This document shows, in pieces, positions 1 to 8,119 of a DNA stretch of 12,288 nt. The stretch lies in contig JBMFUT010000021.1 in the NCBI GenBank assembly GCA_049966395.1, forward strand, positions 1 to 12,288, in the 5' to 3' direction. The translations under genes were made by a program, and so were the position numbers. The notes beneath the pieces were generated by a model. The model made no database searches, was not told the DNA's origin, and was given only the letters and a program-made list of their open reading frames with translations. The DNA comes from Candidatus Micrarchaeia archaeon (GTDB taxonomy: Archaea > Micrarchaeota > Micrarchaeia > Micrarchaeales > CABMGC01). Numbering within the stretch: the stretch's first letter is position 1; every line of letters begins with the position of its first letter.

Positions 1-16
1 GCACTTTAACTCTCAT
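1..16 (-). CDS. Possible 5' end of a gene continuing off the window (MRVKV...)
   Basis: ATG at 16 on the minus strand, 43 bp after the acnX stop, open to the window edge. Only five codons are visible. Confidence 0.25.
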
Positions 17-59
17 GCCTCTTTATGCCTGCGGCTTTATTATTTGGTGCGTTACTGCT

Positions 60-1541
60 TCACTTTTCTATTATGCTGTTTATTATGCTCTCGGCAGTGT
101 CAAAGACGACGTTTTGCTTGCAGAACCTCGGCAAGTATTTTGCCGCCTTTCCGGAGTTTGTGGCGGTAGTCTTGAAGCCTATCTCCTCTATTGGCGAAAC
201 GACCATGCACGTGTCTGCGGCTATTGTGCCGCCGGCATCCTCTATAATCTTGGCGTAGCCGACGTTCTCCGCAAGGTCCTTGACAGCCCTCGATGTGGAT
301 ATCCAGAGCGTTACTCCCTTCCTTATTTTCTTGCCTTCCAGGAGGTGCGCTATTTCCTTTATCTCGTTGAGCGTTGCGTGGGGGCAGCCGAACGCGACAA
401 AGTCCAGATCTTCTGGTCTTCCTGTATTAAGCTTCTCCTTTGCGTCGTTCAGCTCATTTTTCGTTATCTCTACTCTCTCCTCTACTCCCTCAAGGCTTAT
501 CATCCTGTTCTTCGCTTCTGGCGTCACTCCTTCTATATGATATAAGTCTATAGATCCCGAAGCCGCTCCCGCTGCTCCAAGCACCTTGAACTCCTCTACA
601 GTAGGCATCCTCTTTATGCCAGTGATGTAAGGTATGCGGCCTTTCGCAATTTCGCCAATCCTGTAGCCAAGCAGGCCGAAGTCGACAGTGCCGTTGAGTT
701 CTGTATCGACTTTCACCATAATCTTAGGATTCCTGTTCTCCTGGAAGTGCAGGCCGTATCTTGGCCCGTATCCTGCAATCGCGTAAAGCAGAGTGCTGAG
801 CCCAGATTCCCTGTTGGTCCTTATGCCGAGCACGGAATTGACGTATGCTATGGCGGACGACTCCGAGAAAAAGGCGTCGGTGAAAGGAGGCGGCATTTCC
901 CCTACGAGATAAGGAGTGCACGTTATGGTGGGTATGGCGCCCATCTTCATGTATATTTGCAATATCTCTATCTGCTTAGCCGCGAAATCTTCTGATATGC
1001 CCTGCTTCCTCCAGTCCCTCATGTCCATGCCTGCGGGGTTTATGGTCACGTGGCTTGCCCTGAACTTGTACTTGCTTCCGAGGCGCCTTCTGAGCTCCAA
1101 TCCGGTGTCAGTTATGGTCTTGTACGACACTCCTGAAATCTGCACGTAGTCCGCGGGTATGAATTCGTCGGTGCCGAGGAGCTCGCCGGCCCTTGCGAGG
1201 AATTCTGCTATTTCTGGATCTATGCCAAGTCTTTCTATTCTGCTCCTGTCTACCGCTTTCTTCTTTGATCCATTTATCTCTATGTCTATCTTTCCCAGTA
1301 TTGCGCCCCACATCGTTATCGGGTCCGCCTTGTCTATTATGATCTTGCTCGGGCCGAAGCCGTTTGCTGCAAGGTTGACTATCCTATCTGAACCCACTGT
1401 TGATCCGGAAGCAGAAGGGAAATGCAGGATTTTCCCTGCAATGCTCTTTCCGTAGAGCTCGTGGCCCTTGTTTATCACGACGCCGTTCCTGTCCAAGTCG
1501 TCAAGCCACGATATCTGCTGCTTTGTTTCAAGTTCTTCCAT
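60..1541 (-). CDS. acnX: Aconitase X family protein, DUF126 (small/swivel subunit) fused to DUF521 (large subunit); probable phosphomevalonate dehydratase (PMDh)
   Basis: The N-terminal ~85 aa carry DUF126 motifs (HELYGKSIAGKILHFP, GSTVGS, GAI). The remainder carries DUF521 motifs (QISGVSYKTI, INPAGMD, TCTPY, ESSA, NSVLG.RTNRE, GCPH, DTCMVVSP, TNSGKAA.Y), including three Cys at the expected Fe-S ligand motifs. Start placed at ATG 1541; TTG 1553 is the alternative. It lies 15 bp downstream of the UbiD gene. Confidence 0.9.
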   Translation of the reverse strand: MEELETKQQISWLDDLDRNGVVINKGHELYGKSIAGKILHFPSASGSTVGSDRIVNLAANGFGPSKIIIDKADPITMWGAILGKIDIEINGSKKKAVDRSRIERLGIDPEIAEFLARAGELLGTDEFIPADYVQISGVSYKTITDTGLELRRRLGSKYKFRASHVTINPAGMDMRDWRKQGISEDFAAKQIEILQIYMKMGAIPTITCTPYLVGEMPPPFTDAFFSESSAIAYVNSVLGIRTNRESGLSTLLYAIAGYGPRYGLHFQENRNPKIMVKVDTELNGTVDFGLLGYRIGEIAKGRIPYITGIKRMPTVEEFKVLGAAGAASGSIDLYHIEGVTPEAKNRMISLEGVEERVEITKNELNDAKEKLNTGRPEDLDFVAFGCPHATLNEIKEIAHLLEGKKIRKGVTLWISTSRAVKDLAENVGYAKIIEDAGGTIAADTCMVVSPIEEIGFKTTATNSGKAAKYLPRFCKQNVVFDTAESIINSIIEK

Positions 1542-1556
1542 TTCACCAACCAAGCG

Positions 1557-2834
1557 TCACATGTCAACCTTTTTCATCTTGAGCTCCTTTTCCTTAGGCA
1601 CGTCGAGAGGCCTTGTGGCGTCTATGCAGAGCTTGCTCCCGGTGCCGTCAGGAGCGGCCATTGGGTCAAGGCTGGATCCCTTCACGTTGCGCATCACAAG
1701 CTCCTTGCCGGCATCCCAGTACATTGTCACTGCGTAATTGACTTCATTCGGGTTGGTAACGTCTATGTCTTCGTCTACTATTGTAATCTTCTTGAGGCTC
1801 TTGTGGCCCCTTATGGCTGCGTCTATCGCCTTCCTCGGGTCGTCTTCGCTTTTCTTCCCTATGGATATCGCGGCGTCGAGCCATCCGCTCCCGCCCTCTG
1901 TAAGGTAGACGCCCTTCACGTCTATGCCCTCGTTCTTCAGCGCCATGTATATTGTCGGAGTCCTCGGAGCGCCCATGAGAAGCTTGTGCTCGTTGCCTCC
2001 GGGAAGCAGCGCGTGATATATCGGATTTTTCTTCAATGCTATCCTGTCGACCGCAAAGACGGGCTGCTCCCTGACAATATCGTAGGTCTGCGTAAGATCG
2101 ACAAAAGGCCCTTCCTTTGCAACCTCGTCATGCAGTATTTTTGCCTCTATGACTATTTCAGAATCTGCGGGATACTCGCTGCTGTTTGTCCTCGCCTTTA
2201 CCACTTCGACTCCGTTTTCAAGCGCAGAGGCAATTCCAAGCTCGTAAAAGCCCCTCTCCACGCTCGTTGCCGCGGCTATCAGGACCCCGGAGCTGTTGCC
2301 TATGGATATCGAAACGTCAACGTCTTCGCCGTGTTCCTTTGCGTCCATGTACATAGTGTGCAAATCCCTCTTCTCCACAAGCCTGCCCACGAGCCTGTCG
2401 CTTCCAATCCTTGCGAGCCTGTGGAAGGAAATGTTTCTCGATCCGTTCCTGGCCGCGAAGACAACTCCAGAAGTTATGTAAGCGCCCATGTCATTCGGGT
2501 AGTGGGTCAATATGGGCAGCATGTTGAGGTCAGGTTCCGCGTATTCGAAATCGCCGCTAACGAAATTTATGCTTCCCGGCGAGCCTATTGCGGAGCTTAT
2601 CCTTTCTATCCATCCCTCTTTTGTCGTGCCAACACTCTTGCACAGGAGGTCCATCCTGCTTAGCATGTTGCCGAGCACCGGGATGCTGCTGCCCTTCACG
2701 TTCTCGAAGAGCATTGGCTTACCGTCGTTTTTCCTGAGGCGCGAAGGTATTTCGTATTTTGGGCTCAGCTCCTCGCTGACCCTGAGCAGGTCTCCGTCGC
2801 TTTCAAGCAAAGAAATAATATCTCTGAACTTCAT
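1557..2834 (-). CDS. ubiD: UbiD-family prFMN-dependent decarboxylase; probable trans-anhydromevalonate 5-phosphate decarboxylase
   Basis: UbiD motifs FENVKG, LPILTH, GAYITSG, RNISFHR, EGPFVDLTQTYD, IVDEDID, GSSLDP and SKLCIDAT. The EGPFVD variant and 425-aa length fit the archaeal AMPD-like clade as recalled. It is adjacent to acnX. Confidence 0.9.
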   Translation of the reverse strand: MKFRDIISLLESDGDLLRVSEELSPKYEIPSRLRKNDGKPMLFENVKGSSIPVLGNMLSRMDLLCKSVGTTKEGWIERISSAIGSPGSINFVSGDFEYAEPDLNMLPILTHYPNDMGAYITSGVVFAARNGSRNISFHRLARIGSDRLVGRLVEKRDLHTMYMDAKEHGEDVDVSISIGNSSGVLIAAATSVERGFYELGIASALENGVEVVKARTNSSEYPADSEIVIEAKILHDEVAKEGPFVDLTQTYDIVREQPVFAVDRIALKKNPIYHALLPGGNEHKLLMGAPRTPTIYMALKNEGIDVKGVYLTEGGSGWLDAAISIGKKSEDDPRKAIDAAIRGHKSLKKITIVDEDIDVTNPNEVNYAVTMYWDAGKELVMRNVKGSSLDPMAAPDGTGSKLCIDATRPLDVPKEKELKMKKVDM

Positions 2835-2939
2835 GCAATTGCTTTTAAGTCGCAGCGCATCCTTTTAAACCATTATCCGCACTTAGACAAAAAACTTAGA
2901 TTCTATGGGATACTTTTTATTTTTTGCCAAAGATAAAAT

Positions 2940-3347
2940 TTGGATTCAGTGGACCAGAGAAAACTGTCCCTTGCGTTGGGAATCGTAGCAATAGCGGTGC
3001 TGCTTTACCTTTTCGCAAGCGAGCTCAATCCGCAAGTGCTCGTGTGCCCTTCAGCCGGCATAATAAACTGCGGCAGAGTGATAACGAGCAATTACAGCAC
3101 TATATTCGGCGTGCCAATATCTGTGCTTGGCATGCTGTGGTTTGCGGCGATGGTCTCTATATCATTCTCAAGGAAGAGCAAGTACCTTCAGCTGCTGATA
3201 CCATTGTGGGCCGCCGGCATTGTGTTCATAATATATCTGGTTTACACCGAACTTTTCGTTCTCCACGCCGTATGCCTGTACTGTTCATTCACCGATCTGC
3301 TGATACTGCTCATGGGCTTCCCTGCATTCAAGCTTGGAAGATCCTAG
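2940..3347 (+). CDS. Vitamin K epoxide reductase (VKOR) family membrane protein, stand-alone
   Basis: Four hydrophobic segments, loop cysteines in CPSAGIINC, V..S.YS..FGVP.S.LG motif and an active-site CLYC. Start is TTG 2940 or GTG 2949. Confidence 0.88.
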   Translation: MDSVDQRKLSLALGIVAIAVLLYLFASELNPQVLVCPSAGIINCGRVITSNYSTIFGVPISVLGMLWFAAMVSISFSRKSKYLQLLIPLWAAGIVFIIYLVYTELFVLHAVCLYCSFTDLLILLMGFPAFKLGRS

Positions 3348-3348
3348 T

Positions 3349-4632
3349 TCAAGCCTTGCTTATGGCACGGCCCAAAAGGCATCCTGCAGAGCTGCCTGTG
3401 ATCTTAGCGTTTACGAAGCTGCCGAGCTCGGCGTCATTTTCAAGTGCGACTTGGTTGTAATAAATGTCCCTGCCTTTCATGCTCCTCCCTCCCTCAGTGA
3501 CAAGCACCACTTCCTCTGAGCCTATGAAATTCTCCCTCGCCTTCGCCTGCACCTCGCGCACTAGCCTTGATGCATCTATGCTTCTTCTCTTTACGATGTC
3601 GTTGCCTAGTTGCTCAAGCATCGATGCCGGCGCATGGGGTCTTCTCCCGAATTTCGAAACATTAGTTATGCTCGGCTTTACCTTCCTTATCAGTTCAAGC
3701 GTTTCCTCGAAATCGCTCTCTGTTTCTGTCGGGTAGCCTACTATTATGTCGGTCGCGATGCTTATGTTTGGCATTTTGCTCCTGAACTCCTTGACGTAAC
3801 CAATGAAGTCGTCTACGCTGTACTTCCTATTCATCTCCTTTAGCACCTTGTCGCTGCCTGACTGCACTGGCAAATGGACGAACTTGTAGACTTTTTCGCT
3901 ATTGTATACATCTATAAGCCTGTCTATGTAGCGCCCGAGGTGCTCAGGATTTAGCATGCCCACCCTTATCATGAACCTTCCTTCTATCATCGAAGCCTTT
4001 GAAACAAGCTCAGCGATGTCTGTGCTTCTGTCCCTGCCGTAGGCTCCGGTGTCCTGCGATGTAAGCTCAATCTCTCTGGCGCCGCCTGCAACGCTGATTT
4101 CTATCGCCTTCAGTATCAGCTTTTCGGAGAAGCTGTTCAGGGGCCCTCTGGCGAATTTTGTCTCGCAGAACGAGCAGTTGCTGAGGCAGCCTTCGCTTAT
4201 AGGTATCTTTGCTATTGTGGAATATGAAATAGGGTACGAGAGCTTGTCGACCCTCGAATAGCCGTTTAGCACAGCCCTGCCGCCGCGCTCTATCTCTTCC
4301 ACAGCTGCCACAATGCTCCCGATGTTGCTCGTAGTCACTACGCTGGCTTCGGGAGCCACCTTCTCTATTTCGTCCTGGTTGGCGCTCGCCATGCATCCCG
4401 CAACTATCAGTTTGCCCTTGTAACCTTTGAGCCCCTTCAGCCTCTCTATTATCTTCTGCTCGGTGGGCGTCTTTACCGTGCAAGTGTTCACAATAAGCAT
4501 TTCCGCGTCTGTCTTTGCGTTGTGTGGCAGCACTTCTACGCTGTATCCTGCCCTTGCGAGTTCGGCCGCCATTATGTTGCTGTCTGCCTGGTTCAGCGTG
4601 CAGCCGTAGGTCTCTATTGCTATCTTCCGCAT
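3349..4632 (-). CDS. mtaB: Radical-SAM tRNA methylthiotransferase, archaeal MtaB/CDKAL1 type (t6A37 to ms2t6A37)
   Basis: UPF0004 N-domain (ETYGCTLN, VNTCTVK, VAGC), radical-SAM CxxxCxxC (GCLSNCSFC), QDTGAYG.D, RVGMLNP, HLPVQSGSD, TDIIVGYP and a C-terminal TRAM-like region. Start moved to ATG 4632 (MRKIAIETYGC); the ORF-track extension to 4668 runs through the promoter. Confidence 0.9.
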   Translation of the reverse strand: MRKIAIETYGCTLNQADSNIMAAELARAGYSVEVLPHNAKTDAEMLIVNTCTVKTPTEQKIIERLKGLKGYKGKLIVAGCMASANQDEIEKVAPEASVVTTSNIGSIVAAVEEIERGGRAVLNGYSRVDKLSYPISYSTIAKIPISEGCLSNCSFCETKFARGPLNSFSEKLILKAIEISVAGGAREIELTSQDTGAYGRDRSTDIAELVSKASMIEGRFMIRVGMLNPEHLGRYIDRLIDVYNSEKVYKFVHLPVQSGSDKVLKEMNRKYSVDDFIGYVKEFRSKMPNISIATDIIVGYPTETESDFEETLELIRKVKPSITNVSKFGRRPHAPASMLEQLGNDIVKRRSIDASRLVREVQAKARENFIGSEEVVLVTEGGRSMKGRDIYYNQVALENDAELGSFVNAKITGSSAGCLLGRAISKA

Positions 4633-4651
4633 GAAAATCGTTAAGATAGTA

Positions 4652-4677
4652 TTTTTATAGTTTGCCATCTATAAAAA
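4652..4677. promoter_or_regulatory. Two opposed TATA boxes forming a perfect 9-bp inverted repeat, for the divergent mtaB and zinc-finger genes
   Basis: TTTTTATAG at 4652-4660 on + and its reverse complement CTATAAAAA at 4669-4677, in the 69-bp gap between the two divergent starts. Confidence 0.55.
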
Positions 4678-4701
4678 GTTTATCATTCTATCTGTGGTTA
4701 T

Positions 4702-4896
4702 ATGAACTGCGAGAGATGCGGCGCCGAAATATACAAGTACAACGTGTGCAACTATTGTCATAGGAAAATATGCAACTCCTGTGTCAAGAGTTCCAGGCGA
4801 GTAAGCAAGACTGTCAGGCTAGTAATATGCAAGGACTGCTGGAGCGACATGGAGAAGAGGAAGGCATTCAAGAGCGCAAACAAGTCGACAGTCTAA
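4702..4896 (+). CDS. Small basic 8-Cys double zinc-finger protein (64 aa)
   Basis: Pattern C-x2-C-x9-C-x2-C-x4-C-x2-C-x15-C-x2-C. ATG start; fills the gap between mtaB and ileS and ends 2 bp from the ileS stop. Confidence 0.85.
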   Translation: MNCERCGAEIYKYNVCNYCHRKICNSCVKSSRRVSKTVRLVICKDCWSDMEKRKAFKSANKSTV

Positions 4897-4898
4897 GA

Positions 4899-7800
4899 TC
4901 ATTCCTTCTTTATTGCAGCTGCGACATTGCACCCTTCTATTTCAAACTCCTTGGATATGTCTGGGCTTTCGGGCTTTGCCTTCAGCTCCTTAGCGTTTAG
5001 CTCCTTGAGCACCTCTTTTTTTGCCTTTTCAAGGGCTTCTCCCAGCGCGCCTCCGGCATCCAACCAAAGCATTATCCTGTCGGCCTTCTTCAAGCCGAGC
5101 TCCTTTCTCATGAGCTGTAGCCTTCTTCCAAGCTCCCTGAGCATCGCCTCTTCGACAAGCTCCTTGCTGGTTTCTTTGCTCACGTATGCCGCGCCGTAGT
5201 CGAAAGGAACTGCGTCTTCGCTGTGCTGCAGCTCTACCACAGTGAAATCGCCTCTTCCTATGCTGAACACCCCTCTGGAAGTGCGGATCTCGTAGCTGCC
5301 TGAGCCCTCGATTCCCTTGAGCAGCTTCTCCGGGTCGGCAGAGGCTATAGCCTTGGCTATTTCTGGGGCATCTCCCTTGAACTTTGGCCCTAGCGCTGCG
5401 AAGTTGGGCTTCACCACCTTGTCAATCCTGGACACGACCTTCAAGTCAAGCTCTTTCGCGTTGGCAAGCTCCTCTACAATCGGCGCAAGCTTCTGAAGCG
5501 CGTTGTAAGATTGCTCGTCCCTTACTTCTACGAATGCCTTCGCGACAGGCCACCTGAGCTTTATGCCTGTCTTCTCCCTGCTGCTGAGCAGCGCGTTTAC
5601 TGCCTGTGTAGCTATTTCGAACTCCTTTTCAAGGTCGGCGTTTATCATTGTCTCGTTGGGTTTGGGCCACTTCTCCATAAATATGCTCTCCTTCATCCTG
5701 TAATCCTTGATGTAGATGCTTTCAGCAGCAAAAGGCGCGAAGACAGAAAGCATCACAAGCGAATTGTAGAACACCCAGTTTATCACTTCCATTGCCCTCT
5801 TTGCCTCCCTTTTGCCTAGAGCGAGTATCTTCTTCTTAGCAACCTTCAAGTATAACCTGCTGAAATCGTTAGTTACAAAATCCATTATCATGCCGAGTGC
5901 CTTGCTGTCGTCGTAAGAATCAAGGCTCTGCGTAACCCTTTTTATGAGCGAGTTTAGCCTGGAAAGAATCCATGCATCATCAGCATCTAGCCCTTCTATG
6001 CTTCTTGCGCTCTTGGGTTTGTGCTTCTTGACGCCTATTGCCCCGCCGTATTCCGCTATCAGGTTGCTTATGTTGTAGAGCAGCATTACAAAGCTTCTTG
6101 CCTCCGCTATCTCGGTCTTGCTGAAAGGCATGTCAAGCCAGTGCGTGTGCCTGAGGAACCAGAGCCTCACGCCGTCGGCGCTTGAAATCTTGAGAAGCTC
6201 TTCTAGGGAAATGTAATTGCCGAGGTGCTTGTGCATCTCCCTTCCGTCCTCCGCCAGCAGCATGCCGTCTACCGAAGCCTCGTCGAAAGGCCGCCTGTTG
6301 TATACGAGCACACCGCTCTTCAGCAGCGTTGAGAACCATCCCCTGAACTGGTCGTTGCCTTCTAATATGAAATCAGCAGGGTAGAGCCTCTTGAACTCGT
6401 CGTCTGTAAGGCTGGCCATGAAAGCTATACCAGAATCGAACCACACGTCTAGCACGTCAGGTATCCTGTGCATCTCCCCTCCGCACTTGGGGCATTTCAG
6501 CACTGCCCAGTCTACATACGGCCTGTGAAGGTCCTCGAGCATGTTGACCTCGTCAGGGTTTGCAAGCATCCCTTTCATTTCGTCCAAGGATCCAACAACT
6601 GCCGTTTCGCCGCATTTGTCGCACTTCCATATTGGAAGCGGTATTCCCCAGTACCTCTGCCTGGATATGCACCAGTCAGGAGAGTTTGCAAGCACGCTTT
6701 CTTCCCACTTCATTGCCTCGCGAGGATGCCACACAACCTTCTGGTTCTCTTGGATTATCTTGTCCTTTGCCTTGCCTATCTTGAGGAACCACTGCCCAGT
6801 GGCAATGAATATGAGCTTGTTGCCGCATCTCCAGCAATGAGGGTAACTGTGCCTTACAGTGCCATCGTCAAGAAGCGCGCCCAGCGTGGCAAGGTCTGCG
6901 GTTATCCTTTTGTTGGCCTCTTCCGGCACAGCGATTCCAGCATATGACCCCGCTTCGGCAGTATAAACGGCGTTTTCGCCAACAGGGGAAAATATAGGCA
7001 ACCTGTTTTCCCTGCCGAGGTTATAATCGTCTATGCCATGCCCAGGGGCAATGTGCACTAGTCCGGTTCCCTCGCCGACGCTTGCAAGCTTTGCGGATAG
7101 CAGCACCTTGTGATACTTCCTGAGCTTTTTCTGTTCTGGGACCTTTTCCTCAAGCGGATTTACGTAATATATGCCGTCAAGCTCGCTTCCGTAGAACTCG
7201 CTTTCAACAACGAAATTCTTTTCTGTGTCCGCGGCAACAGCGTCGAGCCTGTCCTTCGCGAAAATGTACTTGCTGCCTTCGGAAGAGGCGACGACATACC
7301 TGCCCTCGGGGTTTGCCGCAACCGCAACGTTGGCCGGAAGTGTCCACGGCGTGGTGGTCCATATGAGCAGGTAAGTGTTCTCGTCAATCTCTATGTCTGC
7401 CTTTGGCTTTGAAGCTGTTGCGTCAACCTTGAAGGCCACTATTATAGACGGATCGCTCTCGTCGCTGTATTCTACTTCCTGCGTGCCCGGCGCAAGGGAG
7501 GTTTGGCAATGAGGACAGTACGCTATAGTTCTCTTCTCGTTGTAGACGAAGCCCTTCTCGTGCATTTTCTTTATAATCTTCCAGGCGTTTTCAATGTATG
7601 TTCTGCTGCTCGGCAAATATGCGTTCTTGAAATCCATCCAGACCCCGAACCTTGAATAGTCCCTGCTCATCTTGAGCATCAGGGATGAGGTATACTCCTT
7701 GCAGGCCTTTATGAAGTTCTCTATGCCTACCCTCTCTTCTATTTCCCTCTTGTTTTTGATCTTGAGCAGCTCCTCCATTTTGTGCTCTATGGGCAGGCCA

Positions 7801-8042
7801 TGCACATCGTAGCCGGCCCTGTCGTGCACGTCGTAGCCCCTGAACCTTTTGTATCTAAGAAAGACGTCCTTCCTTACTTTGACCCACATCTGGCCAGGAT
7901 GAAGCTCCCCGCTAACGTACGGGGGGCCATCAAGGAAATAGAAAGGCTTCCTCCCTGCCAGCGATTTCTTTACCTTTTCATAAATGCCATTGTCTTCCCA
8001 GTATTTGAGCACCGCCTCCTCTTCCTTGTTCATGTCAAACAT
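4899..8042 (-). CDS. ileS: Isoleucyl-tRNA synthetase (type 2, archaeal/eukaryotic-like)
   Basis: FLDGPPY, GYDVHGLPIE, editing motifs WTTTPWTLP and GTGLVHIAPGHG.DD, YPHCWRC, DWCISRQRYWG.P.P, DVWFDSG, EG.DQ.RGWF and the type-2 C-terminal REL.RRLQ.MRK..GL...DRI. Start placed at ATG 8042, which has AAGGTG upstream. Confidence 0.97.
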   Translation of the reverse strand: MFDMNKEEEAVLKYWEDNGIYEKVKKSLAGRKPFYFLDGPPYVSGELHPGQMWVKVRKDVFLRYKRFRGYDVHDRAGYDVHGLPIEHKMEELLKIKNKREIEERVGIENFIKACKEYTSSLMLKMSRDYSRFGVWMDFKNAYLPSSRTYIENAWKIIKKMHEKGFVYNEKRTIAYCPHCQTSLAPGTQEVEYSDESDPSIIVAFKVDATASKPKADIEIDENTYLLIWTTTPWTLPANVAVAANPEGRYVVASSEGSKYIFAKDRLDAVAADTEKNFVVESEFYGSELDGIYYVNPLEEKVPEQKKLRKYHKVLLSAKLASVGEGTGLVHIAPGHGIDDYNLGRENRLPIFSPVGENAVYTAEAGSYAGIAVPEEANKRITADLATLGALLDDGTVRHSYPHCWRCGNKLIFIATGQWFLKIGKAKDKIIQENQKVVWHPREAMKWEESVLANSPDWCISRQRYWGIPLPIWKCDKCGETAVVGSLDEMKGMLANPDEVNMLEDLHRPYVDWAVLKCPKCGGEMHRIPDVLDVWFDSGIAFMASLTDDEFKRLYPADFILEGNDQFRGWFSTLLKSGVLVYNRRPFDEASVDGMLLAEDGREMHKHLGNYISLEELLKISSADGVRLWFLRHTHWLDMPFSKTEIAEARSFVMLLYNISNLIAEYGGAIGVKKHKPKSARSIEGLDADDAWILSRLNSLIKRVTQSLDSYDDSKALGMIMDFVTNDFSRLYLKVAKKKILALGKREAKRAMEVINWVFYNSLVMLSVFAPFAAESIYIKDYRMKESIFMEKWPKPNETMINADLEKEFEIATQAVNALLSSREKTGIKLRWPVAKAFVEVRDEQSYNALQKLAPIVEELANAKELDLKVVSRIDKVVKPNFAALGPKFKGDAPEIAKAIASADPEKLLKGIEGSGSYEIRTSRGVFSIGRGDFTVVELQHSEDAVPFDYGAAYVSKETSKELVEEAMLRELGRRLQLMRKELGLKKADRIMLWLDAGGALGEALEKAKKEVLKELNAKELKAKPESPDISKEFEIEGCNVAAAIKKE

Positions 8043-8119
8043 CAAGCGCACCTTAAGACTATCATTTATTATACAACTATTTAATAATTTTGTATGCAAT
8101 CTTTATGCGTGGTCGTAGC

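Noticed and set aside
15..545. 176-aa plus-strand ORF and other short ORFs nested in acnX, mtaB, ileS, hemK and lig
   Set aside because: They overlap well-supported genes on the opposite strand or frame and show no domain signal.
1422..2663. 413-aa plus-strand ORF
   Set aside because: Antisense shadow of ubiD with no recognisable motifs.
60..2834. Reading acnX as a TCA aconitase or hydroxyproline dehydratase, and ubiD as a ubiquinone-pathway enzyme
   Set aside because: Their adjacency and archaeal-type motifs fit the modified mevalonate pathway better, and no proline racemase or ubiA context is seen. Not formally excluded without a phylogeny.
2924..3460. 178-aa alternative-frame ORF over VKOR
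   Set aside because: The VKOR frame has the clear family motifs, and this frame also overlaps the 3' end of mtaB.
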